From positions 12,407 to 76,406 of the forward strand of contig CAYYUG010000010.1 in assembly GCA_964474755.1 (NCBI GenBank): a stretch of DNA of 64,000 nucleotides, read 5' to 3'. The notes under the pieces are model-generated. The model made no database searches. It was given only the letters and a program-made list of their open reading frames with translations, and was not told the origin of the DNA. Positions within the stretch are counted from its first letter, which is position 1, and each line of letters begins with the position of its first letter. This document shows, one piece after another, positions 10,028 to 18,159 of the stretch. The position numbers were made by a program, and so were the translations under genes. The DNA comes from an uncultured Rhodospirillaceae bacterium. GTDB taxonomy: Bacteria; Pseudomonadota; Alphaproteobacteria; UBA8366; GCA-2717185.

Positions 10028-10907
10028 ACCACAACGCGCCACCCGGTAGGCCTGCTATCATGACCAGCACGCCTAGTGCGACAGAGACGGCGAGAGCGGG
10101 TGCGGCCGCTATTCCGAATAGCCCGAACAGCCAGATCAAACCGGCTTCACGCGGGCCCCAACCCCCAAAACTGATAGGCAAGCTGGTCAGCAGCAGCACT
10201 GGCGGCGTTAGTGCGAGTAGGAGGCCGAAGTCGGGCGCGAGACCGACCGACTGTGCTAACAGATAGGTTGCAAAGCCAGCACCGAGATGGATTAGTAGCG
10301 ATTGACCCAGTATCCAGATACCACCGCGCGAAAATAGGACACGGCGTCCGGCTGCAGCGAAACAACCAAGTGCGGTAATCCAAGCAGTTGATGATTTGGC
10401 TAATGGCGCGGCGAGCGGCAGAGCGCTGCTGCAGCACATTGCGAGGAAAGCCACGAACCAAAGTCCAGGATGCAAGGGGCCAGGCAGCAAAGCGAATCCC
10501 AGTGTAATAAGCGGGAGCAATGCCATTATCGCTGCCACACGCTCTAGTACGATCCCACTGGTCGCCGCGCCGGTAGTCGCCCCCTCTCTGTGCAGCAGCC
10601 AGACGCGCGCCGCATCGCCGACGATGGTGGTTGATAGGGTCTGGTTGAAGAACATAGAGATGAAGAATAGCTGCAGCGCTTTCGGCCAATTCAGGGTGCC
10701 GTCGAGAAGCACAATGATTGTCCGCCACCGCCAGGCGCTTAATACTCCGTGCATCAGCAACACAGCGAACGCAGCAGCGGCGAGACGCCAATCCATATCT
10801 GTCATGTAGTTGAAAGCAGACGAGAGGTCGAAATGCATCCACAACCATGTTAGTAGGGCTGCAGAAATCACGATATTCAATCCGAGCAGCAGGGCCCGTT
10901 TAGGCAT
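9993..10907 (-). CDS. UPF0104 / lysylphosphatidylglycerol-synthase-TM-like (flippase-like) membrane protein
   Basis: Polytopic membrane protein with the WRWR and GDAARV patterns of this family. Start set at ATG 10907 (MPKRALLLG), 11 nt after the upstream gene's stop; the ORF-track start at 10967 would overlap that gene. The 3' end overlaps the ctaA 3' end by 35 nt (convergent). Confidence 0.6.
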   Translation of the reverse strand: MPKRALLLGLNIVISAALLTWLWMHFDLSSAFNYMTDMDWRLAAAAFAVLLMHGVLSAWRWRTIIVLLDGTLNWPKALQLFFISMFFNQTLSTTIVGDAARVWLLHREGATTGAATSGIVLERVAAIMALLPLITLGFALLPGPLHPGLWFVAFLAMCCSSALPLAAPLAKSSTAWITALGCFAAAGRRVLFSRGGIWILGQSLLIHLGAGFATYLLAQSVGLAPDFGLLLALTPPVLLLTSLPISFGGWGPREAGLIWLFGLFGIAAAPALAVSVALGVLVMIAGLPGGALWFSRLARRSPTG

Positions 10908-10918
10908 AGGCGCTTGCC

Positions 10919-12151
10919 TTAATGCGCGCCGGCTCGGTCCAGAATTGCGTGCAACAGCACTTGACATCCGGCCGTGATGTCTTCAGGTGCCGCGTTCTCG
11001 ATCTCGTTGTGGCTGATGCCGTCCTCGCAGGGTACAAAAATCATACCGGTAGGCGCGACCTTGGCCATGTAAACTGCGTCGTGTCCGGCGCCGCTGACGA
11101 TGTCCATATGGGCGTAACCCCCAATCTCTGCGCCTTTACGCACCGCGTCTACGCATTCCGCGTCGAAGACAGTTGCGGGACAGGACCAGATCTGGTTGAA
11201 GTCGAGTTTTAGTGTGTTTGCCGTTGCGGCCTCCTCCGTGACCGCCCGCAGCGCCTCGTTCATCGTGGCCAGCCGCTCGTCGTCCGGATGCCGAAAATCG
11301 ACTGTCAGGAATACCTCACCTGGGATCACGTTGCGGCTGTTTGGGGTCGATTCGATCATACCAACCGTGGAACATGCGCCTGGCTGGAAATCATGGCCGA
11401 TCTTGTTGACGGCCGTCACGATTGATGCCGCACCGACTAGTGCGTCACGCCTTACTGACATTGGGGTCGGACCCGCATGACTTTCCTGGCCAGTGAGTGT
11501 GATCTCATACCATCGCTGTCCTTGGACACCGCTCACGACGCCAATGGTCTTCTTCTGGTCCTCCAGGATTGGGCCCTGTTCGATATGTGCCTCGAAATAC
11601 GCGGTTGCCGGCCGATTGCCGCAGCCTTCGCCACTGTAGCCGATGCGCTGCAGCTCGCCGCCTAGCGTGTTGCCTTCGCGGTCAGTGATCGCCAGAGATT
11701 CCTCGAGATCGAAAACACCGGCATAAGCGCCCGAACCGACCATTGAGGGCGCGAAGCGGCTTCCTTCCTCGTTTGTCCACACCACCACTTCGACCGGCGC
11801 ATCGGTCTCCACATCGGCGTCGTTAAGGGCCCGAACCACCTCTAGGCCGGCCAGCACCCCATAGGCGCCGTCAAACTTGCCGCCTGTCGGCTGGCTATCG
11901 AGATGGCTGCCCGTCATCACAGGTGGTAGGGACTTATTCCGGCCTGGCCGACGCGCGAATATGTTGCCGATGGCATCGTAGGTGACAGTGCAGCCCTCCG
12001 CTTCGCACCAGCGCGTGAATAGGTCGCGGCTGTCGCGGTCCAGATCGGTTAGCGCGAGCCGGTTGACCCCCCCCTTTTTAGTCGCGCCAATCTGTGCCAT
12101 CTCCATGAGGCTGTTCCACAACCTCGAACCGTTTATTGTCAAATTTTCCAT
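10919..12151 (-). CDS. M20-family Zn-dependent amidohydrolase (allantoate amidohydrolase / N-carbamoyl-L-amino-acid hydrolase / beta-ureidopropionase group)
   Basis: 410 aa. GSHLDSQPTGGKFDGAYGV, WTNEEGSRF and SGAGHDA are typical of the hydantoinase/carbamoylase amidase family. Substrate cannot be assigned from sequence alone. Confidence 0.8.
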   Translation of the reverse strand: MENLTINGSRLWNSLMEMAQIGATKKGGVNRLALTDLDRDSRDLFTRWCEAEGCTVTYDAIGNIFARRPGRNKSLPPVMTGSHLDSQPTGGKFDGAYGVLAGLEVVRALNDADVETDAPVEVVVWTNEEGSRFAPSMVGSGAYAGVFDLEESLAITDREGNTLGGELQRIGYSGEGCGNRPATAYFEAHIEQGPILEDQKKTIGVVSGVQGQRWYEITLTGQESHAGPTPMSVRRDALVGAASIVTAVNKIGHDFQPGACSTVGMIESTPNSRNVIPGEVFLTVDFRHPDDERLATMNEALRAVTEEAATANTLKLDFNQIWSCPATVFDAECVDAVRKGAEIGGYAHMDIVSGAGHDAVYMAKVAPTGMIFVPCEDGISHNEIENAAPEDITAGCQVLLHAILDRAGAH

Positions 12152-12362
12152 GCTTGCGAAACTCCGGATGTGCCGGTCAATAGATCATAACGCATAGGGA
12201 GATACGATAAAGCGGGAAGGATCAGTCCTCGATCATCAGTTTGTGTAACGGGTTCCGCCAGCTGGTATCCTTGTCGATACACTACCTCGAATCCACGCCC
12301 AAAATCAGGCTACGGACTGTTTTATCGGAACCTCCAATTTGCGGAGACCCTGCCTCAGTCTG

Positions 12363-13616
12363 TCACTTCACGGCCCCATCCTTCTTCAAGTCCTCTGCCG
12401 CCGTACCGTCAAGTTTTAACCAGTCTTGCAAAACCTCATCGGTGTGTTGGCCAAGCATGGGTGAAGCTTTGATGCGGGTCGGTCGGCCATCCACACGTAC
12501 TGGCCAGGTTGGCATTTTGAACGGTTTGTGCTCCGAATGAACCATTGTCTGCATGATGCCACGCTGCTCGAAAGTGACGTCATTGTTGAGTTCCATCGTA
12601 TCCAGCACAGGCCCTACTGGAATGCCCTCCTCACCAATTTTTTGCATGGCCTCGAACTTGGACTGGGTGCGGGTCCAGGTGCTGACGATCTCGTCTACCT
12701 CTAACTCGTTCGCCACGCGGTCCTGCGGCGTCATATAACGTTCATCGCCAATCAGGTCCTCGCGCCCAACCACCTTTAACAATCGGTTCCAATGCTCTTG
12801 GTTCGCTGCGCTGGTCGAGATGTAGACATAGTCATTCGACCCACCAGGAGCGCAGGGGAACAACCCCTTCGGTGCTGACTGGGTGTCGGCTATCTTACTA
12901 CCGGCCCGCCCCGCAGGTTTGCCAGTCCGGCCGGTAGTTGCAAAATTTGTACGCATATAGTGCAGAATTGCATCCTGCATGGCGACCTGCAGATGATGTC
13001 CCTCGCCGGTTTCCTTGCGTTTGTTGAGAGCACTCACAATGGTGAAAGCCATCACCATGCCTGTTCCCGTATCCCCTATGGAAATGCCAGGCCGGGTTGG
13101 TGGGCCGTCCGCCTCGCCGGTGACGCTGAAGGTGCCACCAGAAGCCTGGGCGATCATGTCGAAAGCGAGGTTCTTCTCGTATGGGCTGCCTTCGCCGAAG
13201 CCCTTGATCTGAGCGTAGATGATGCCGGGATTGATTTCCTTTACTACCTCATAGGACAGACCGAGTCGTTCGATGGCGCCTGGTGCGAAGTTCTCCACCA
13301 TCACGTCAGCTCTGCTGATCATATCCTTAACCAGGGCGAGGCCCTTCTCTGACTTCAGATTAACTGCGATAGATTTCTTGTTAGCGTTGAAGACATGAAA
13401 GTAATAGGGGTCATCATCTGGTTGGCCAGGACGCAACCTACGACCGGGGTCGCCGAGCTTCGGGTTCTCAACCTTAACCACGTCGGCACCCATCCAGGCC
13501 AGCGCCTCGGTGCAAGTGGTGCCGGCCTCGAACTGGGTAAAGTCGACGACCTTTATATTTTCCAGAAACTTGAAGTCGGCAATATCTGCAACGAGTGCAG
13601 CGGTAGTATCCGGCAT
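12363..13616 (-). CDS. frc: family III CoA-transferase, formyl-CoA transferase-like
   Basis: 417 aa. VVDFTQFEAGTTCTE, ADVMVENFAPGA, GDTGTGMVM and QVAMQDAILHYMR align by eye with the Frc/YfdW subfamily. Adjacent to an oxalyl-CoA decarboxylase-like gene. Confidence 0.75.
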   Translation of the reverse strand: MPDTTAALVADIADFKFLENIKVVDFTQFEAGTTCTEALAWMGADVVKVENPKLGDPGRRLRPGQPDDDPYYFHVFNANKKSIAVNLKSEKGLALVKDMISRADVMVENFAPGAIERLGLSYEVVKEINPGIIYAQIKGFGEGSPYEKNLAFDMIAQASGGTFSVTGEADGPPTRPGISIGDTGTGMVMAFTIVSALNKRKETGEGHHLQVAMQDAILHYMRTNFATTGRTGKPAGRAGSKIADTQSAPKGLFPCAPGGSNDYVYISTSAANQEHWNRLLKVVGREDLIGDERYMTPQDRVANELEVDEIVSTWTRTQSKFEAMQKIGEEGIPVGPVLDTMELNNDVTFEQRGIMQTMVHSEHKPFKMPTWPVRVDGRPTRIKASPMLGQHTDEVLQDWLKLDGTAAEDLKKDGAVK

Positions 13617-13702
13617 GTCGGGCTTCCCTTACTGGCTAGTGGCGTGAGATGTGCGGGGTTCAGCAACAAGGTTGGCACAGTTGGCAGGGTTAGGGAAAGA
13701 AC

Positions 13703-13736
13703 CGGCGCGTGAGAACGAATTTTTTCTCACGCGCCG
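13703..13736 (-). terminator. 13-bp perfect stem-loop between the oxc-like and frc-like genes (terminator/attenuator or processing-site candidate)
   Basis: CGGCGCGTGAGAA (13703-13715) pairs with TTCTCACGCGCCG (13724-13736) around an 8-nt loop. On the transcribed (minus) strand it is followed by GTTCTTTCCCT, only a partial U-tract. Confidence 0.4.
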
Positions 13737-13847
13737 TAGACCATGTCTTATGCTGGTTAATCCCTAAAAAACCAGCTGATCAACTTCTGTTCTACCCTCT
13801 ATAACAGATCCACCTCACATATAGGCAGTCTGTCCAGAGGTAACGTA

Positions 13848-15506
13848 TTACGAATGCCACGCAAATTGTTGTGGCTTCCGGGATGCACCTTGTGAGATCA
13901 CAATGTTTACCAACGCAGGACCGTCAAACGCCATCGCCTGCTCCAGCGCTGCCGGGATATCCTTCGGGTCTTCAACGAAAATGCCTTTGCCGCCGAAGTC
14001 CTCCATGACTTTGTCGTAGCGCGCGCCGTAGATAAGTGCGTTTGGCTTCATGTTAATCATTGGGTTCTCGGGAATTTCCGGCATGCCCGGGCCAATACCG
14101 CCATTGTTGAGCACCACGATCTTAGCCGGCAGATTGTAACGGGCTAGCGTTTCCATCTCCATGCCAGAGAAACCAATGGCCGAATCGCCTGAGAGGTGAA
14201 TGATTGGCCTGTCCGGATGCACGACGCACGCGGCAACAGCGTGACCTAGACCAACGCCCATCGTGCCGTAGGTGCCTGCGTTCAGGCAGGATCGTGCGTT
14301 GGATACCGGCAGCATCGTGAGCCCGATATCCATTGTGCCGGCGCCCTCGGCGCTCAGAATAGCGTTCTCCGGCATCCAGGCGGCGACATCACGCAATGCG
14401 CGAAAGTAATTCGCTGGCGCAGCATCGTCGTTCAGCTGTGCTTGGAGCGTCGTCACATTCGACGAAATTTTTTCGTCCAGTGCCGTACGCCACGGTGTGT
14501 CCTTCGGGTAAAACCACTGCCGCCCTTCGAGGGCCTGGTTCAACTGCCCCATGATTGACTTGCCATCACCGACAAGCGCCACTTCCGACGGCTTGTTGTG
14601 ACCAATCTCCTCGGGTGCGATGTCGAGTTGAATGACTTTGGCGTCAGGTGCGAAACGCGGTGGCAGACCAAAGTGGAAAATCCAATTGAACCGAGCGCCC
14701 ATCAGGAAAATGACATCCGCCTGCTGCAGAGCAAGTGTTCGGGCTGCGGAGGCCGCGAGCGGATGCTCATCAGGGACGACACCTTTGCCCATTGGGGAGC
14801 GTACGAACGGGATCTGCGTGCGATCGATAAAGTCGCGCACCTCATCTTCCGCCTGGGCCCAGGCCATGCCCTTGCCAACGAGGGCAAGCGGCCGCTCGGC
14901 TCCTTCAAGGAGGTCCAGCGCTGCCTCAATATTTTCCGTAGGAGCGATCGTACGCGGTGGCTCCGGTACGCGCTCAACCTGCACGATTTCATCGAGGTCG
15001 CATTCTCCCCCGATAATATCGTCTGGCATATCAAGATAGCAGGCGCCTGGGCGGCCAAAAGTTGCGTGCCGCGTCGCCATCTCAACGTAGTAGGGAATGC
15101 GTTTAACACTTTCGATGCCGTGCGCAAACTTACAAAACGGGGTGGCGATGTGGACTTGGCGTTCCTCCTGAAAGGCGCCCATGCCCCCTCGATAGGTTTC
15201 CGAGGCGCCGCCGATCAGAATCATTGGCCAGCAGTTTTGTTGGGCGTTCGCCAAGCCTGCCAGACCATGCACTACACCCGGCCCTGTCACAACGATGCAA
15301 GCACCCGGGCGGCCAGTCATATAGCCGTAGGCTTGTGCAGCGTAGGATGCGGCTTGCTCGTTGCGCATGCCTACATAGTTGATGCCTTCTTCCTGTGCCG
15401 CAGCGGCAATCGGGCCTACAGGAAAGCCGACGACGCCAAACAGATGGTCGATGCCTTGCTGTTTCAGACTTCTTGCTATCAGGGTTGCACCTGTGATCTT
15501 GCTCAT
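13848..15506 (-). CDS. oxc: ThDP-dependent oxalyl-CoA decarboxylase / 2-hydroxyacyl-CoA lyase family enzyme
   Basis: 552 aa with ThDP fold (GVVGFP..., GDSAIGFSGMEMETLARYNLP...NNGG). It closely resembles the Oxc/HACL1 pattern and is paired with frc. Oxc cannot be told from HACL by eye. Confidence 0.7.
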   Translation of the reverse strand: MSKITGATLIARSLKQQGIDHLFGVVGFPVGPIAAAAQEEGINYVGMRNEQAASYAAQAYGYMTGRPGACIVVTGPGVVHGLAGLANAQQNCWPMILIGGASETYRGGMGAFQEERQVHIATPFCKFAHGIESVKRIPYYVEMATRHATFGRPGACYLDMPDDIIGGECDLDEIVQVERVPEPPRTIAPTENIEAALDLLEGAERPLALVGKGMAWAQAEDEVRDFIDRTQIPFVRSPMGKGVVPDEHPLAASAARTLALQQADVIFLMGARFNWIFHFGLPPRFAPDAKVIQLDIAPEEIGHNKPSEVALVGDGKSIMGQLNQALEGRQWFYPKDTPWRTALDEKISSNVTTLQAQLNDDAAPANYFRALRDVAAWMPENAILSAEGAGTMDIGLTMLPVSNARSCLNAGTYGTMGVGLGHAVAACVVHPDRPIIHLSGDSAIGFSGMEMETLARYNLPAKIVVLNNGGIGPGMPEIPENPMINMKPNALIYGARYDKVMEDFGGKGIFVEDPKDIPAALEQAMAFDGPALVNIVISQGASRKPQQFAWHS

Positions 15507-15728
15507 TTAATTCATCTCCCATCTTTTTTCATCTAAGAGTTCTACGTAGGAAGTTAACCGACGACATCAAAACATGCTATTGCTTCAAATAGCGTGGATT
15601 CCCTCCAACAAATACTCAGTGTAGACGCCGAGGCACGAAGAATCCTAGTCCGATGGACACTAAATCTAAATTCTGGTCATGACCTACATTGGTATTTGAG
15701 GATTTGATATCCGCGTATCCGTCAAAAT

Positions 15729-16991
15729 TTACCGTCCTAAGGCCCTGTCGCTATCCGGATTATTGGAAAAATGGACGCGGATACGCTCTACGGCTGCATT
15801 ATTAATGGTGAAAGTCATCAGAAGACCACTCATCAGGACGGTGCCGGCCAGCAGCCACGAAAGGGTGTCGTAGCTAAATTGCGCGACCAGAACGCCGCCA
15901 ATGGCCGCGCCCGCGGCGGTGCCACCCCAATTGCTGCAGGAAATGACACCAGCAAGGGCCCCTCGAGAGGCACCGCCGGCCTCTGCGAGCAAGATCATGA
16001 GAACGGTCGTGACCGGCACGATCAGCAGCATGAATAGTCCTGCCACTGATACTGAGAACCAGGGCCCGCTTTCGAGGAAAAACACGCCTAGTCCTGGAAC
16101 AATCGCCGCCAGTAACAATCCGGCGGTTATGGAAAGCCGTCGGGTGCTGCCCCCGATTTTGCCGCCCAGTAGCGGTGCCGCCATCGCCCAGAGGGCGACT
16201 GCGGCCACTGGCAGAGCAACATCTACAGTCTTCAAGCTATAGGTCACGATCAGGAAAGCCGGAAAGAAGGTAACGATTACGCCCCAGGTGACACGCGCCA
16301 GAAAATTAGTCCCTGCCATGTACCATGTGACAGGGAGCGCGGCGACCTGGCGCAATCGTTGCGCCAGCGCAAGCCGGGCCGCTTTGCGCCGGTAATAGGG
16401 TAACAGCACGAATAAGGTTAGCGAGGTGCAGAGTAGTGTTACGCCCAAGACTAGAAAGGAGACGCGCCAACCTGCGAATTCGGCGAGCACGGCTGCCAAA
16501 GGCAGGCCTATGACGCTGCTTGTTCCCGGCTGCATGGTGATAATGGCAATCGACATGGGTCTGCGTGGAACGGGGAAGACGTCGCCGACCAGCGCGATGC
16601 AGGTAGGGGGCACCATGCCACCGCCAATCCCTACTAGAACGCTGAACCCCGCGGCTAAGGCAAATCCGGGCGCCATCGCAATGCCAAGAGTACCAGCCGC
16701 CAGGCAGCTGGTTCCGAGAAGCAGGACTGGCTTTCGGCCATAGGTGTCGGAGAAGGCCCCCGCGATCAGTGCTGTGGTTGCCCAGGCCGCGGCGGCAGTG
16801 GTCACAAGCTGTCCTGCCACCGGGACCGAGGTATCGAATGTGGCTGCCATATCTACCAACAGCGGCCCCATCATTGCCACCGCCGTGACGGCAAGAAAAA
16901 CCGCGAACGCCATGCTGCTCAGCAAGAGCATGAAGCCTATGTTGCTTATAGCGTGCCGTGATACCACGATCCGGTCCGTTCGAACGGCCAA
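15729..16991 (-). CDS. MFS transporter
   Basis: 420 aa, about 12 TM segments, with the DTYGRKP MFS loop motif. The ORF-track start is a TTG; an ATG at 16931 is an alternative. Confidence 0.8.
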   Translation of the reverse strand: MAVRTDRIVVSRHAISNIGFMLLLSSMAFAVFLAVTAVAMMGPLLVDMAATFDTSVPVAGQLVTTAAAAWATTALIAGAFSDTYGRKPVLLLGTSCLAAGTLGIAMAPGFALAAGFSVLVGIGGGMVPPTCIALVGDVFPVPRRPMSIAIITMQPGTSSVIGLPLAAVLAEFAGWRVSFLVLGVTLLCTSLTLFVLLPYYRRKAARLALAQRLRQVAALPVTWYMAGTNFLARVTWGVIVTFFPAFLIVTYSLKTVDVALPVAAVALWAMAAPLLGGKIGGSTRRLSITAGLLLAAIVPGLGVFFLESGPWFSVSVAGLFMLLIVPVTTVLMILLAEAGGASRGALAGVISCSNWGGTAAGAAIGGVLVAQFSYDTLSWLLAGTVLMSGLLMTFTINNAAVERIRVHFSNNPDSDRALGR

Positions 16992-17139
16992 TGCTGGCCG
17001 AGGTTAATCCGATTACCTTTTTTAGCAGTTGCGCACCGGCTAATCACGTGGCCAGGATTGAAGTGGGGACCCAAGTGACACATATTGGTAGGCCCTGCTG
17101 CTACTATCTTGCAGTTCCAATTACAAAACCATTTCAGCA

Positions 17140-18090
17140 ATGAATGACCCCTTCGCCGGGATAGATCCTGACGCACCAGACTGGTTCCGAACCGCGATTA
17201 CTCATCCCGTCCAATCTCAATTTGTTGAGGTTTTGGGATGTCGGATTCATTATCTCGCCTGGTTCCGCTCAGCAGCGGAGGGGGCATGTGTGCCGAAGAC
17301 CCCCGGCTTGTTGCTTATCCATGGAGGCGGAGCGCACGCGAACTGGTGGCGGTTCATTGCGCCGTTCTTTGCCGACAGTCATCGCGTCTGTGCCATTGAC
17401 CTCTCGGGCATGGGCGAAAGTGGAGCCCGCAATCTTTATTCGTCTGAATCATGGGCTGCCGAAATTGATGCGGTACTTTGCGACGCCGGGCTGTTTGTTG
17501 AGGGATCGGATCCGAACAGCCCGAAGCCACTAGTCGTGGGCCATAGTTTCGGTGGGCTTATGGCAATGAAATTTGGTGCAAAGTCTGGTCACCGTCTCGG
17601 CGGTACTGTGATAGTGGACTCCCCAGTTCAGGATCCAGCCGAAACGCCGTTGCCGGAACCGGCGAATTCGACCCGTATGGGGCCGCCGATTTATCCCGAC
17701 CAGACGACGGCGCTATCCCGCTTTCGGCTGATGCCAGCGCAGCCCTGCGAGAACGACTTCATCACAAATTACATCGCCCGCACCTCTATCCGCGAAGTCG
17801 AAGGCGGTTGGTCCTGGAAGTTTGATTTCAGGGTAATGGGTTCGCGCCGGTTCGGTGAGCCCTATCGCGCTGAACTTGGGGCCTTGAAAGGCCGTGTTGC
17901 TCTCATCTATGGCGAGAAAAGTGCCATAGTTTCTCCGCAGACCGTTGCCTATATGTCTCAGTTAATGGGCCAAGAGGCGCCTATCGTCGAGATCCCCAAC
18001 GCGCATCATCACTTAATGCTCGACCAACCGCTTGCTTTTGTCGCCGCGCTCCGCGCAATTCTTGACACGTGGTCCCGCCACCCGAGATAG
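17140..18090 (+). CDS. alpha/beta-fold hydrolase
   Basis: 316 aa. LLLIHGGGAHANWW oxyanion region, GHSFGG nucleophile elbow and a C-terminal NAHHHLMLDQP histidine region. Confidence 0.8.
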   Translation: MNDPFAGIDPDAPDWFRTAITHPVQSQFVEVLGCRIHYLAWFRSAAEGACVPKTPGLLLIHGGGAHANWWRFIAPFFADSHRVCAIDLSGMGESGARNLYSSESWAAEIDAVLCDAGLFVEGSDPNSPKPLVVGHSFGGLMAMKFGAKSGHRLGGTVIVDSPVQDPAETPLPEPANSTRMGPPIYPDQTTALSRFRLMPAQPCENDFITNYIARTSIREVEGGWSWKFDFRVMGSRRFGEPYRAELGALKGRVALIYGEKSAIVSPQTVAYMSQLMGQEAPIVEIPNAHHHLMLDQPLAFVAALRAILDTWSRHPR

Positions 18091-18108
18091 GGGTAAATTT
18101 TTTCACTG
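18088..18108. repeat. copy 1 of a 19-21-nt intergenic motif TAGGG(G)TAAATTTTT(T)CACTG
   Basis: TAGGGGTAAATTTTTTCACTG. The second copy is at 46559-46577 and differs only by one G and one T. Confidence 0.6.
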
Positions 18109-18142
18109 AAAGATGTAATGTCAGACAGCGTTCTTTCAGGTG
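18104..18142. terminator. hairpin in the convergent spacer between the hydrolase gene and typA (possible bidirectional terminator)
   Basis: CACTGAAAGA (18104-18113) pairs with TCTTTCAG(G)TG (18132-18142): 8 contiguous bp plus 2 after a 1-nt bulge, with an 18-nt loop. There is a T6 run on the 5' side, which would read as an A-run for the plus strand and a U-run for the minus strand. Confidence 0.35.
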
Positions 18143-18159
18143 CGGGAATTCGTTATGGC

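Noticed and set aside
14598-15536. Long antisense or out-of-frame ORFs in the track. Examples: 14598-15536(+) 312 aa, 24805-25959(+) 384 aa, 19295-20005(+) 236 aa, 36177-36917(-) 246 aa, 10147-10848(-) 233 aa, 39661-40287(+) 208 aa, 45851-46498(+) 215 aa, 60522-61136(+) 204 aa.
   Set aside because: Each lies entirely inside a gene with clear family-level motifs, on the other strand or in another frame. Their translations are Arg/Pro/Ala/Ser-rich with no recognisable domain. This is typical of shadow ORFs in GC-rich coding DNA.
15729-16991. Assigning the MFS gene next to oxc/frc as the oxalate:formate antiporter OxlT.
   Set aside because: By eye it resembles drug/metabolite-type MFS transporters rather than the OFA family. 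Context alone is insufficient, so it is left as a generic MFS.
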